A DNA stretch of 64,000 bases from Callorhinchus milii (Eukaryota): positions 64,048,001 to 64,112,000 of the forward strand of contig NW_024704743.1 of the NCBI RefSeq assembly GCF_018977255.1, written 5' to 3'. Below the pieces are notes generated by a model. The model was given only the letters and a program-made list of their open reading frames with translations. It had not been told where the DNA came from and ran no database searches. The stretch's first letter is position 1; each line of letters opens with the position of its first letter. This document shows positions 22,421 through 35,799 of this stretch, piece by piece. Position numbers and translations under genes: made by a program.

Positions 22421-24284
22421 GGCAAGCAGGAAAGCTTGAATTATTTACAATTTTAGAGAAGATGGAAAGCAAATCTAAAGGAAGTCAATTAGTTATTTAC
22501 CTTCTAATGGTTTGTCAGGTTCTTTTTCACAATGTTTATTGCTAAAGAAGGATCATGGAAAGAAGAAAATGATTTATTTGTTAATCGACATAATACAAAA
22601 AACATTTTAATTACCCTTGCATGTTTTCTGTGATTGGTCCGTTGCTATAGTCTGCTCTTGCAATAATGAAGTTAACATAAATTTGGGAACATAAATTGCC
22701 AATGACAGATGCAGCCCTGAAAACCGCTCTTATTTTTCTGCTACTACAGCACAAAAATGAATGGAGAATATAAGTCCAAATCACTGGAGCAAATAAATGA
22801 TGGAAAGGCAATTAGAAGTAAAAGGGTTGTGGAGAGGTTGTTTGCTATAGCTACAAAATTATTCTGCAAACAATGAAGGGGCTGTTCCTTTAGTTTTCCT
22901 ACATCATTGAGAATAATGTACATGCTAATCTTATGCTTACTGAACATTAATCAAACTCTAGCACTCCCCACAATGACTGAGTTGCCATCTGGCATAACCA
23001 GTGGAAGCGCTCAGAATTTTATTACTGACGAAAAGCACAAAAGACAAAAATTCTAAAATGAAAGTCAGAATAATCCAAATTCTGCTGAGAGAAAGATTTA
23101 GGCTTATGTAATGTGCTCCAAGCAACAAGAACCCAACAAAATCATGATTTGTATCTAGAGCGCTTTTGTTAATTCATTGAACCAGCAATCCACCTTTCAA
23201 TTGTTCCCTTTGAACGAAAGGAACACATAAGATGAATTCATTAAATAATCTTTAAAAGTTCAGCTTTACTTTGAAAGGTAGAAACATGTGCTTTCAATGT
23301 GCTATTCTATTTTTTAAGCCCACATAAAATTTTAACAATCGGAGATATGAAAGAATTTAATAACATAATGTAGAAGAAAAGAGGCTAAGAAATTTCTCAT
23401 GCTGCTACTTTGACAATGGTGTCTCAAAAGCACTCTGTTGGTAGCACTGGTCTGTGAAACCATTAAAAACCACCTATGCAAACAGCATTCTTCTCCTGCA
23501 CTTACCTAGGTGGCACACATGAATGCAATCACTTCAGCAAGGACCCGGGTTCTAAGCTATTAGCCAGACGATATTTTTGATCCCGCTGTTAATGTTGTTA
23601 CACTTAATGTCATGTGGAATTTCATGCACCGTGTTACTTCAAATCATATATTTATATCCAGCTGTGATAAAGGGAATGAAAGTCTTTCCCCTTTGATATC
23701 TGTAAACTGCAGTACATTGAAAAGCCTTGTGGTGAAAATGCGAGATCACAATATCATCAAGCAACAACAAATTAGAATAGAGTGAACTTTCATTAGACAT
23801 GAAGTGTTTGAGGCCTTTTAGAACATGTTCCTTGTTATCTTTGGATTCATATTAGTTCCCCTGACTCAGCATTAGTGAAAACATTCTGTAGGATTTTTCC
23901 CATGCATATTAAAGAGCCTTGTGATGTCTAGAACAGTTGTGACCTACTCATTGCATTCTCCCTTATGTTGGCAAACCACTGTATGAAAGTGCAATGTTCA
24001 GCTGTAATAAAGGGTATGGGTAAGGAGTCCATTCTCGGCTTCTGCATATTCTTTATCATCGTTTAAAACACTGACCATTAAGAGTAGTTACATCAAAATT
24101 AAATTATCTGGGAATCATGAGCAAACTGTACTTTAACTACAATACATATAATGAGGATGAGGAATATTGCATTGTCATAATTATTTCACAAATTACAATA
24201 GTCTTTTTGTATAACACTACTTAATAATGTCATTTTAATGATATTACCCTAACGTAAAAAAACCCTAAGACTTTATAGTTAGTA

Positions 24285-24303
24285 TATTGCCCCCTAGTGG
24301 GCC
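24285..24303 (-). promoter_or_regulatory. CTCF-binding motif candidate
   Basis: TATTGCCCCCTAGTGGGCC; reverse complement GGCCCACTAGGGGGCAATA matches the CCAcNAGgGGGC core. Confidence 0.55.
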
Positions 24304-25146
24304 AGGTCCAGAGACTTTTAAAAGTTGTGCTCAATGGCACCACTGTTCCTATGATATCCATTGGTCTCCATTCAGTTTCAATCTCAGTGGGGAAGCATAT
24401 ATGGTAAGCATGGTGAGAATGCTGTTTGTCAGACCTGTATTCTTTAGGGTTTCTAGCCTGGAAGTTATTTTTATGGAACAGCCCCACTTTTCAGAAAAGG
24501 ATCTTCACAGCATCTTCTGGCTTTCCCTATGGTAGATGCAAAAGTCACAGTTTCTTCAGCATGATCAGCCTCTTCATTCTCTTATACAAACAGGCAGTGG
24601 ATAAATAAACACTACCATCTAAGTATTGTATAATTACAAATGTAATGCTTTAATTGGCTGCCACTTTTCAGCCACAAATTATACAGTTGATTCACTTTAC
24701 GAATACTCTTTGAGATGTCTAGAAGACATGATAAGGTGCTATATCAAATTGAAGGATTATTATTATTAATATGTATAAATCCGTTCTTCCCAAATAAAAT
24801 TGTGTTTATTGAGAAATGGTAATATTTGTGTTGCTAAAAGCAAAATAGGAGCTTTGTAATTACCTGCAAATTAACCTAAATATGTCACAGGTAAATTTGG
24901 AGGATAAGAGTAATCATTTCGGACATTTTTGGCAACATTCATTTTAAATATTGGAAATAATATTTTGACAATCTAGATAATTTTAGCAAATACAAAAACA
25001 TATATTGGCAGGAACACATTATTCTAAGTTTGCCTGCATCTATAATGTTAGCGATGTCTTTCTGTATAACAGATGCATATGTTGTGTGAATATAAGTTTA
25101 CTTAAATGTATTAACAATTTCTACGGGCCCAGTTTAATAATATATA

Positions 25147-25474
25147 TAATAATCCTTGCATTTGATATAGTGCTTTATCACATCTTCGAGACATCTCAGA
25201 GTGCTTCACAGAATATACTGTAAAGTGAACTGACTGTATATTTTGTGGGCGAAACGTGGAGCCAATTGCACACAGCAGTGTCCCACAAATGGAGTGACCA
25301 ATTTTTAATTTTTTTGAAGGTATTATTAACCCCAGAATAGCGATCCACCAATCAACTAACAACCGGGTTCCTATTTACTGCTAGATAAGCAGGCATGTGG
25401 AGTAAGGAAACTTGCCAACGTTTCGCCCTGGCGGGAATTGAACCCAGGTCTCTCGCTTGCGAGGCGAGTGCTCT
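25147..25474 (-). mobile_element. tRNA-Ala SINE family A, lacking ~25 nt at the 5' end
   Basis: Colinear with the reverse complement of 49495-49869. Confidence 0.93.
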
Positions 25475-27127
25475 GTTATCCTTATTATTATATAGATACA
25501 CCCACACACTGAATTTTGTCAAACCTTCTGCTAAACCTGAACAATGTGTTTTGCAGAATGTAAACAAAATAAATAAACAGATATTCACAAATTTTCATTC
25601 AAACTGAGTGCTCAATTAGATTGAATGGATGTCGTATTGTTGGTATACGCCACTAAAAAGAAAGCACTACAGTGAATCAAACAATGTTGAATTGTTTGGA
25701 TTTATGTCGCAGCTTTACATTGCCCATACAGGTTTGACCTTAGGTCTCCTGCAATTGCTGAAGAGAATAGATCAACAAATCATAAAATAAGTGTTTTTTT
25801 CTCTTGCCAATTTGTGCTCCCTCCCTTTTACTCCCTTTTACTCCCTCTCTTGAGACATTATATGAAGTGAATGTGTACATATCAAAGAATAGCTTGTTTC
25901 TTTTATTTCTTAGTGTAGTACCAGGAAAATCACTGTACAATTTGACATAAGCCATTGTATCTTATAAAGGCTAGTAATGTTTATGTTCAGGAAAAGTATG
26001 ACCTGAATGTTTCAACAGTCTGATACAATACAATGCAAAATTACATTTGTATTGCGCCTTTCATGTAGGATGGATGCGATATATTGTATCACTGAAATAT
26101 ATTGTAACAGTGCTAGTCTATCTAATACAATGTATCTACAAACTCATATTTTTAATGATTCTGTTTATTTAGAAGCATAATCCTGTAGTTAAGTTTAATT
26201 TTTTTGTCCAAACTTTCAGGAATTATGATAGTTTGGATTGAAAAAGTATTGTTTGACACAAACATTTGTTAACAACAGCATTTCTAAATTGTATATTTAA
26301 AACTTTCAAGGTGATAGCTTTAATTCCAGTTCTTCCAGGTCTACTATTTTTAAGAAGTTTACAATGCTTTGACAGCTATTTATAGGTGGAAAGATGTGGT
26401 ATTTCAATGTACTAGAGTGGCTATTATCTCCTCCTATGTCAAGTGCTTCCATATGCTGTTATTAACCAATAGATGTATCTCTACCAGGGTATGAGCTCAG
26501 TGTCACTAAATTTGGAATTCAAAGCCTATTATGAAATCAGATAATTGACATCTTGTGTCAATCGTGGCTTTGATTGACATAACATGAAGACAGTTTACAA
26601 ATCACTTGAATTAGTTATTGAACAACAACAACAACAAAATTACATTTGTAAAGCGCCTTTCACTTCGGGAGGATGTCCCAGGCGCTGAACAACACATTAT
26701 GTAGCAACATTGGGTTTAGGACAATGTAGGTCATTTTTATATTTCACAAAATATAGCTGAAAATCTATTCTATCATTACAAAAGCTTCCACTAAGGGGCA
26801 GTGAAGAACATACCAAGAATATTCTGTGCAAAAACATATCCTATGAACAGTATTAAGAAACCAGACTCTGTCAACAATGATCATATTTCACAGTATTTTG
26901 CACATAGTAAAAAACATTGCATTTATATAGCACATTCATGTTGAGTAACATCTCAAGAGTGCTTTACAGAGGCTGGACAGTGTGGGTGGTGGAGGGGGGA
27001 GATAATTATAGGCAAGGTCAAAGATGTAGGGTTGTAGGCAGAAGGCAGACAAACAGTCAGTGACAAAGGGTAGAAAGAATTTGTTCCAGAAGGTGAGGAT
27101 ATTGTATCTGAAGGCTCAACTGCTGAT

Positions 27128-27630
27128 AACAACAACAACTTGCATTTATATCACACCCCTCACACAGGGTACCATGCCAGAGATCTGATACTATGTGAAG
27201 GGACAGTCGTGAGTTTACCAAGTGAAAGGAGCGAGGAGAAAGCTGAGTTTCAAGAAGATCACGAGTGAGGGTGAGGATGTTGAAGCTGATCTGCTGGGAG
27301 ATGGTGCCAGGGAAGCCTGGCGAGGATAGGAGTGATGAACATTTGATTTTGTGTGCGGGTAAAGACATGGTATTTCATTGATGGTGGGGAGGCTTGCAAT
27401 CAGGGCATTCCAAAATTGAAGATGTGAATGAAGATTTCAGCAATGTTTGGTGTGAGATAGGGAAGGAGGCAGGCGATGTGATGAAGGTGTGGAATAGCAG
27501 TCTTGATCAGGGACTGGACCTGAGGGAGGAAAAAGAGCTGAGGATTGAGCATTGGCACGTTCGCACACTGGTTCAGTGAGTTTGAGAGCAGAGGATGGAA
27601 AGGTTGAAGAAGTTAGAGCCAAAAGCAAGG
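27128..27630 (-). mobile_element. Decayed L2 3' fragment
   Basis: (CAA)n tail; minus strand reads SQQISFNILTL; homologous to 16606-17400. Confidence 0.75.
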
Positions 27631-27787
27631 AGGCGTTGGTGATACAACTGACAGAACCTGATTGTAGTCTAAATCTGTGATGGCATAAGATGTTTTTATA
27701 ACATCAAGATTCAGCCCGTGTGGTGAGGTTGTAAACAAATGCTGCTCTCATAAAATGTGAATGTTATGGGGAAATCAAGTGAAGGCT

Positions 27788-28058
27788 TATAATAATGATA
27801 ATAATCCTTGCATTTGATATAGCGCTTTTCACGTCTTCTAGACATCCCAAAGCGCTTCACAGAATATGCTGTAAAGTGAATTGACTGTATATTTGTGGGT
27901 GAAATGCGGCAGCCAATTGCGCACAGCAATGTCCCACAAACAGTCATGGATTGAAAATGACCAATTTATTATTGTTCTGTTTTGGAGGGATTATTATTAG
28001 GCTCTGTGTGGAGTAACGAAACTTGCCCAAGGTTTTGCCCTGCCTGGAATTGAACCCA
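27788..28058 (-). mobile_element. SINE family A, internally deleted subfamily, 5'-truncated
   Basis: GGATTATTATTAGGCTCTGTGTGGAGTAA junction is shared with the 37294 copy and nearly so with the 63512 copy. Confidence 0.92.
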
Positions 28059-28069
28059 CGATGGTTAGG

Positions 28070-28248
28070 GGGTGGCAGTTGGAAGGGTGGAGGCAGCTGA
28101 ACAGATTCCCTCGCTTTTGGTCTCAAGGAAATCCAGCATATCCTCGCAGTTGGAGGAGAGGATGGGCAAAGTGTGAGAGGGTGGAAGGAGGAGCCAGTTG
28201 GTAGAGGAGAAGAGGAGGCTGCGTTGTCCTTGGCTTCCAAGATAATCT
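28070..28248 (-). mobile_element. L2 internal fragment
   Basis: Minus strand reads IILEAKDN.., homologous to 18290-18432. Confidence 0.65.
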
Positions 28249-29299
28249 ATATAACTATTATCTATATATTATATAACTATAATGGTCATATCAATAGGTT
28301 TTACTCAATGTGAAGAAAATTCTCTTTTCTTAATGGAATTGACCCTTAAATTGATCAGCTAAACTAAGTGGTCTGGGTACTGTATTTAATGTCAGGATCC
28401 CTAGTCCAATAAACATGATTGCTAATGTCCCATGCAGATATACCTATTGATTTGATGCTGATAAAGACTTAATGGATTGACTTTGTTTTTTTTCTGCATT
28501 GCTGATGCAAGAAACTGTCTCTCTACTTGTGTGTTATTAAAATAAAATGCAACCTGTAGTGAAGCTGACAGCTGAGCAGTTAGGTTACAAATCCAATTGT
28601 GATGGCAGGGCAGGCGGAATGAACGTTACCATTTCAGCTGTCAGACTGCAGAAGAAACGTGGACTGATAAATAGCTGAGCATGGCAGGCTGTAATGCTTC
28701 ATGTGGCATGGAGTTGTTAGATGAGACAACGTGTTCAAAGGAGATTCAATGTAGTGACCTGGCTGGCGTGAGCATTGCATTTTGTGTGTGCTTGCCAAAC
28801 TACGTGCCAGACTCTGGAGTATAATAAAATGTGCAGGCACAGTAATAGATGTCGGTTTCAAAACCAGATGTAGATTACTGAATAACTGCTATGACCACAC
28901 AGAGATAGCTATTATGTTTTCTGGCCTTTGAAAATGTACCTTCCATTTATAAAGCTTACATTGTTGTAAATTGTTTTATTAAGTAATGTAATCAAAATTT
29001 ATTTTTTAAAATAATTTTAAAGGTGTTTTTTTTCCTCGTAAGAATATTATTAAGTTATTTCCTCTCTTCAGTTGTTTGTGGGACACAAATCATTTAGCTG
29101 ACAGAAAGAACAGCCAACAGTCTCTGCAAGTTAAAGGTAGAACACGATGCTTTCTCTTCATCTTTCCTTATCACTCTGTGGTCAAGAACCTGAACTCTGT
29201 TCAGTTCTTCTGATGGTATAACTATTAGGAAATCACTGTGCCACCCCACGACAGTTACAATTATACAAAAAACTGTGCCCTATTTAATATTGAGAAGAC

Positions 29300-29492
29300 G
29301 TTTCTCCTTGTGTCCTGGACAACAATCTCCCAAATAAAATTGATCATTAACCTCATGGTGGTTTGTGGGATATCATTGAGCGCAAATTGACCCCAGCATT
29401 CATCTACAAAATATACGCTCATTGTTTTACTGTAAATCTTGTGAACACTGTGATTTGAAAGGTGCTGTAGCAATTGCAAGGATTATTATTAT
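29300..29492 (+). mobile_element. DeuSINE (family B) 3' part
   Basis: GTTTCTCCTTGTGTCCTGGACAACAATC..GCAAGGATTATTATT. Confidence 0.75.
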
Positions 29493-31170
29493 TTAATGCA
29501 ATCCAAGAATACAGAATAATGAACAAAACATTTACATTTATCTTTTGCCTTTCATGTTGGGAGGGACTCAAAATACTTCAAAGAGCCGACTGGGGAGCTG
29601 AGGAGAGTGGTGGGTGAAGGGAAATGTCTGGTTGAAAAAAATTAAATAAAACTTTATTCAAACTTTTTAGGCATTATATTTACTTATTTCATATACTTAA
29701 AAAATCATTGTATTCTTGGTGATGGTGTAAAATATTCTTTATTTAGTAATCATAAATAAAATAATTTAACCTTTTCTGCAGCAGTGCATTCAAAACTGAA
29801 CATCTATTTTCAATATTATAAGATGAAAAGATGTAATTTTGTTCTGCTGCAGCGAGGAAATCTATTCATTATTTATAAAGTACACATTCAACCTGCCCAA
29901 AAAGCTTTAGAAGATTAAAAATTGTATGTCAGTCAAAGATGTCTAAAGTGATATATACATTACCAGGTACTAATCTGTGATTTTGTGTGTTCAAGAAGCT
30001 TTGTGATTTCGTTAAATTTTAAAAATAGGCAAGACTGAAACAGTTTATGATACAATGGCTGTGTGAGGTAGCTCAAAGGGACTGAAGTCACTGTCAGAAA
30101 AATCCTCTGGCAGCACAGCTACAAATTCACAAACACTTTCATTTTAAAGCAGAAATCAGTTGTCAGACTAAGCTGCTAAACACATAGAAAATATTATTTC
30201 TTTAAGTACAGGGGAAACCCCAGCATAATGATACAGGAACTATAACTAATTGAATAAATCAACTCCTCTGCGCTACTTTACATGCTAATGAAATAAGGGG
30301 CTTTATTTTTCAGTAAAAAGTCCTCCCGACGTGAAAGGCACTATACAAATGTATTTTGTTGTTGTTGACAGTTATTTTATGCAGAACAGCACAGACTGAA
30401 AGGATATCTGGTCCCCAGCTCTACCGCTTGGTTGTTTTGGATACCAGATGGAGTAGTATTGATTGAATCTATGTCTGAGATTCTGGCAGAAAATTAAATC
30501 TGGTATTAACCAGAGTAAGTATTTTAAACCATGTAGTTAAAGGTTTAGTATACATTTTTATTTTGCTAACAACTTTCATGACTACAACTTAAATTTGCAG
30601 ATGAATTATCTAAACTAACTGCACAGTGTTTTACAGTTTATTTTATTTTAAATACAAAATTGCGCTATGTGCCATCTGACGAATGCCTATTTTCATTTCA
30701 ACTGTGCAAGTGGATCTTGTTCTAATCTGTGTGTGTGACCCCTAACAAAACTAGATTACACCATCCCTAACAATCTTTCACTGAGTTATTCAAATAGCCA
30801 GATATTATTTTTTATAATCACAAAACCAAGCTGAAAGATTAACAGCAAAAACAGAGAGCTGTTTCTGTTGAAAACTTTAAAACCGTATAAATCATGGTAA
30901 GAAATAACTAAATTATAATCAGTGACTGCATGTATTCTTAGTTTTTTCATCACATTAATAATTCAGCAATCCTGGACACTCGCATTCTTTCCCCTGGCAC
31001 CATTTTAAATGCATTTTACAATATATCCTTTTGACCACATACCACTTGCAGGCAAGCAGCTTGCAACCAGACCTCTGCCAGTGGCACTTCTGACTAGTCC
31101 CTTCATTGTTTCCTTCACACAATACATGTTTCTGCCTCCACTCTTGACTGTAAGACCATTGTTGTTTTGA

Positions 31171-31756
31171 CAACAACAACATTGCATTTGTAAAGCGCCT
31201 TTCATGTTGGGATGACGTCCCAAGATGCTGAACAGTCAGGGATCGGGACTCAAGCGTGGGGGGGTAGGGTCGGGATGAGGGAGGGCAGAGGGGGTGGGAG
31301 GGCGGCTGAAGGCACAGTCAAAAAGGAGGGTCTTGAGTTGTGCCTTGAAGGCACGAGAGGGAGCAAGGTGAAGGAATTGTGGGATGGAGTTCCAAAGAGT
31401 GGGGCAGAGGGGCTGAAAGCCTGGCCGCCGATGGTCGGGCGGGAGACCTGGAGCAGGCCGGAGGCTGTTGAGCAGAGGGAGTGGACAGGTTGATAGGCGG
31501 TCAGCAGGTCAGAGATATAGGAGGGGGCAAGGCCATGGAGGGTCTTGAAAGTGAGAACGAGAATTTTGAACTCTATCCTCTGAGGGATGGGGAGCCAGTG
31601 GAGTCGGGCGAGTGTGGGAGTGATGGGGTCACGGAGCCTGGTGCGGGAGAGGATACGAGCTGCAGAGTTCTGGATGATCTGCAGGTTGTGGAGGGAAGAG
31701 TTGGGGAGGCCGACAAGGAGGGAGTTTCCCTAGTTGAGCCTTGAGATGACGAATAC
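31171..31756 (-). mobile_element. L2 LINE 3' end, relatively young
   Basis: Reverse complement is homologous to 150-762 (FVISRLN..LQIIQNSAAR..LHWLPIPQRIEFKILVLTFK). Ends in a (CAA)n tail. Confidence 0.93.
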
Positions 31757-31759
31757 GTG

Positions 31760-32225
31760 TATGACTGTCTGTCAGACTGTCTATCAGACATCAAGTACTG
31801 GATGAGAATTACCTTTCTCCAAATAAACATTGACAAAACTGAAGCCATTCTGCTTGGCTCTCGCCAGCACCTCTTTACCTCCGTCTGTGACCGTATCAAC
31901 CTCCCCCAGATGCTTCATTCCATCACATGCCGTAAATGTAAAATCTTGGCCTTATGTTTGATGCTTATCTCTCCTTTAACCTTTTCTTTAACAGTCTGCT
32001 TTCCTGCATCATCCACATCAGCCCTACCTTATTCACCATGCATATTTCTTCAATTTTGTGATCACCAGCTTTCCAGTTCTCTCCTCCCCAAGCTCCAGAT
32101 TATCCAGAATTCTGCAGCCCATATTCTCTCCTGCACAAAGCACAGTAGCCCATTACCCCCATCCTCGTTAGGCTCCTCTGTCTCTATCTCCCAGAGGATC
32201 GACTGACTATAAGACCCTCATTCCT
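31760..32225 (+). mobile_element. Older L2 fragment
   Basis: ORF 31757-32206 has LSDCLSDIKYWM..FLQINIDKTEAILLGS..LQIIQNSAAHIL. Confidence 0.85.
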
Positions 32226-32267
32226 TCCTTCAAATATCTCTATTGTCTTGTCCCACCTTATTTCTAC

Positions 32268-32658
32268 AATAATAATCCTTGCATTTAATGTAGACTTTGT
32301 AAACGCTTCACAGGATAAAGTGAAATGACTGTGTATTTTGTAGACGAACATGGCAGCCAATTTAGACACAGTAATGTCCCATGAGCAGCAATAAATGACC
32401 AATTTTATCTGTGGGATTATTGGCCAGACACCAGGGGAAGCTCACTTCTCTTTTCGAATAGTGCAATGGGATGATAAATATCCACCTGCTGTTTAACATC
32501 TCTAGGTAGATGGGACCTTGGTTTAATGTCTTATCTGAAAGACGAAACCTCTGTCCTGGATAGATGGGTCAGCCTGGACTGATCAAAGTCTCGAGTGAGG
32601 CTTGAACCCACAACCTTTCCAGTTGCAGTGAGTGCTCCCAACTGAGCCAGGCTGACAC
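32268..32658 (-). mobile_element. DeuSINE (family B, SacSINE1-like), near full length
   Basis: Head GTGTCAGCCTGGCTCAGTTGG..GGTTCAAGCC, Deu-core CAGGTGGAT..ATCCCATTGCACTATTCGAA..CCTGGTGTCTGGCCAAT, and an L2-type tail. Confidence 0.88.
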
Positions 32659-32908
32659 CTATCACAAATGGTGCAAATAAAAACATTAGCATACAAAATA
32701 TGTAACTTACTTTCTATTGAGATATTAAGTGAAGAGCTAATGCTAATAATATAACTAATAGGTTTTACACACATGTGGAAACCCCTCACAATGCTTAAGA
32801 GTATCTAAACCAAACTGAGAGTGTTCCGTGTTTGCCACCTACATATGGAATTTCCTGTGTATTGGAATGGAATGCGCTCTCTCTCTCTGGAGGGATGCAT
32901 CCATTCTA

Positions 32909-33266
32909 TAATAATAATCCTTGCATTTGATAGCGCCTTATCACGTTCATCGATGCATCTCAATGTATTTCACAGAATATACTCTAAAGTGGATTGACTG
33001 TATTTTGTAGACGAAAATGCGGCAGCCAATTGTGCGCAGCAGTGTCCCACAAACAGTCATGGATTGAGTGACCAAATTATAATTTGTTTTGTTGTTGGAG
33101 GGATTATTACCCCCAAAACATGATCGATCCGCCAATCGACTAACAACAGGGTTCCTCCTTGTTGCTAGGTAAACAGAGGCGTGTAGAGTAAGGAAACTTG
33201 CCTAAGGTTTCGCCCTGACCCGCCGGGAATCAAACCGGGTCTCGCTTTTGTGGCTTGCAAGGCAGT
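32909..33266 (-). mobile_element. SINE family A, near full length
   Basis: Colinear with the reverse complement of 49495-49869. Confidence 0.92.
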
Positions 33267-33504
33267 AATTCATCCAAACAAGTCGCCGCATTAATTTTGG
33301 CCATGATGGTGAGAGGATAGAGCAAATGCAAAGGGCTTTCATTGACGTAAGTAAGAGGAGGCTTATAGATCCGCACATTCTGCAGTGTGATATATTGGTG
33401 GCCACTTCAAACACATAATGACTACATGATGGATGTCTTATCTCGAGTCTCATGTGCTCAGAAACTTACATTTTTCATTACCAGCTAACTGCTGTTTGGA
33501 ATCA

Positions 33505-33705
33505 AATAACAGTCCTTGCATTTAATGTAGCACCATTGAGACATTTCAAAGTGTTTCACAAGATTTTACTGTGAAGTGTAGTAGCTGTGTATTTACAGAC
33601 AAAGACAACAGCCAGTTTGCACACACAGCCACAATGTGAATGAACAATTTTATTTGGGGGATTGTTGGCCAGAACTCCTGAAGAAACTCCCTAATCTTGT
33701 CCTGA
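33505..33705 (-). mobile_element. DeuSINE (family B) 3' part
   Basis: CCTTGCATTTAATGTAGCAC tail and GGGGATTGTTGGCCAG core. Confidence 0.7.
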
Positions 33706-33719
33706 GAAAATTAATTTCA

Positions 33720-34060
33720 ACCTTTGAACATATGCTTTCTTGTACACGTAACACTTTTTTACACGTAACACCCGTCATTATGTTACCGTTCATTTTGAGT
33801 TGAATCCAGTGAGCTTCAAACTTTTTTATTGGCCTTTCCTCATGTTGTTTGTCTTGCAGATAGGTCAATTGTAAAATTATATCCAGCACTTTTGCAAAAT
33901 AATGTGCATTTGTATTGTATGACCTTATTTTGACCCTGAATATCACATCGCTGTCATCTTGCATATCTTCCACTATTAACCAATGGATTGAAGGGTCTTT
34001 TTCTTCTGAACCTCTCTTGTGAATCCCAAGCTTCCGATAATATGTACAGGACACGTTCTG
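33720..34060 (-). mobile_element. Penelope-like element fossil, GIY-YIG C-terminal region
   Basis: ORF 33650-34054 has RVKIRSYNTNAHYF..LDII..EERPIKKFEAHWIQLK, resembling the PLE endonuclease C-terminus pattern H..F....L.I......R...E..WI..L. Confidence 0.45.
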
Positions 34061-34119
34061 TACAGGTAAAAATTAAGAATATTCCAAGCAAATACTTGGT
34101 ACACATAGTATGTGTTCTA

Positions 34120-34282
34120 TGGATCAGCCAAAATCGGAAGGAGAAAGTGGATTAACATTTCAGATATGATCTTTCCTCATAATGTGAATCTTTTTCTTTC
34201 AGATGTTAATGAACCTGCTGTGAATTTTAGTATCTATTGTTTTTATTTCTGATTTGAAGCATTTGTGGGTTTTCATTTTTCT
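34120..34282. repeat. Decayed PLE-associated terminal repeat (related to 47580-47720)
   Basis: CCTGCTGTGAATTTTAGTATCTATTGTTTTTATTTCTGATTTGAAGCATTTG resembles the reverse complement of 47585-47650. Confidence 0.5.
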
Positions 34283-34560
34283 GTCTATACTGATAACCCC
34301 TGGTATGTTATTCACCTCTGGGATAAAAGCAATTTCCTACTTGTACACTGAGTTGAATTGCATTCACTAAATGACAAAGACTCCCAATAGCAGGAAATGT
34401 GATATTTTCTGCAACGACTGAAATTTGGGCGGTTTTGCAATTTGCACCTACTAGAAATTGGGATAGGAAACCCCAAATTCATTTTACATTGGTTCTGTAT
34501 AGCTGACAAATAGAAGACACTTTCATCCTCCCATCTGGATAGAATTCAGACCCACAGCCT

Positions 34561-34785
34561 ACAACAACAACTTGTACTTATATAGCGGCCTCCACGCAGG
34601 GTAGCATCTCAGAGCGCTTAACAGTGGCGGAGCCTGACACTGAGCTGGAGAGGGGGAGGTGACTATAAGCATGGTTGTAAAGGAAGGTTTTCAGGCGGGA
34701 CTTGAAAAAGAGGAGAGAGGGGGCAAGGCGGAAGGATTGAGGGAGACCGTTACACAGTTTTGGGGCGCAGTGGCTAAAAGCCTAG
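34561..34785 (-). mobile_element. L2 3' end (second tail type)
   Basis: (CAA)n and GCGGCCTCCACGCAGGGTAGCATCTCAGAGCGCT; homologous to 54826-55040. Confidence 0.85.
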
Positions 34786-35454
34786 AGATGAAAGGACACT
34801 GTGTTTTATTTGCCACATCACAGTTTACCTGCACTATCCATACAGAAAAAATCTAGGGATTAAAATTTATATTTAATAATGTTATTATTAAAACAATAAT
34901 TAGATGATTAAAATAATTGTATTACTATTATGAATTTCCAATATTTACATATTCAAGTTGTTGTTCTGCCTGGTTACAACTTCATATTATTCTCCTTCAG
35001 AATATAATATGTGTTCCTGTCTATCAACATTGTAGACACATCTTGGAAGAGGTAAGGGAGGAACTCTGGGATGGGGTTCCAGAAAGTGAGGGCAGATGGG
35101 CTGAAAGCCTGACTGCTGATAGTGGGATGGGGACAAGGATGGAGTTTGCTGAGGTGAGCCAGGCTGACATTTGAGGTTAGTCATTGTAGGAAGAAAACCT
35201 GAGATTCCTGGAGGGGACATGGGGAGATGGGAGTGTCATAATAGGAAGAAAAATAAAGAATCTTACCATCAAATTCAAGCGCTCTGAGACGCTTCCCTGC
35301 GTGAAGGGCGCTATATACGTGAAAGTTGTTGTTGTATCAAATGAATTATCTATTTCAATTATTTGCACGCTTGATATTAATTAGTTTCCACAATGCCAAA
35401 CATTTGTTTTTGTTGATTTTCACTTTTTTTTCCACCTGTTTTTCTTTTTTGTTA

Positions 35455-35620
35455 ATGATTTCCTGAAGGCAACAATGGTTTTACAAGTGGAACTAGCCTT
35501 TCATTACCACGTGCAAGTGGGTATTCCTTGTGTGTGAGTCTGGATGGTGAGTGTCAGCAATCTGTTCAACCATATAGCCCTTCATTGCTGAGCCTGACTT
35601 TGTCTTCATCTGGTGTCTAG
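35455..35620 (-). repeat. Ancient SINE-like repeat (family C)
   Basis: Similar to 22100-22240. Confidence 0.5.
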
Positions 35621-35799
35621 TTTTCATCATCTGCTTAACCTATTCTGACCATAAACCATTACCAGTGATTTGATTGCATAGTGCAGAATGTGTTTATTTA
35701 AAAGAAGCAAGATAAATACTCAGTAAAGTTTCATATTTGGGATTTTGTATCTGTGAAACAGGTTCTTTAGACACAATTAAAAGAACCATTAGACCTTTA

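Noticed and set aside
23500..23590. Minus-strand TAG|GTAAGT donor or recursive site
   Set aside because: There is no good polypyrimidine tract and all frames are closed.
29072..29136. Plus-strand exon candidate (CLWDTNHLADRKNSQQSLQVK)
   Set aside because: The donor GTAGAA is weak, the start resembles SINE sequence (GTTTGTGGGACAC) and the peptide is unrecognised.
30384..30515. Exon candidate ending at GTAAGT
   Set aside because: All three frames contain stops and there is no other support.
31171..32225. Divergent L2 pair as a twin-priming 5' inversion
   Set aside because: The two pieces overlap in ORF2 coordinates and differ clearly in decay, which fits independent insertions.
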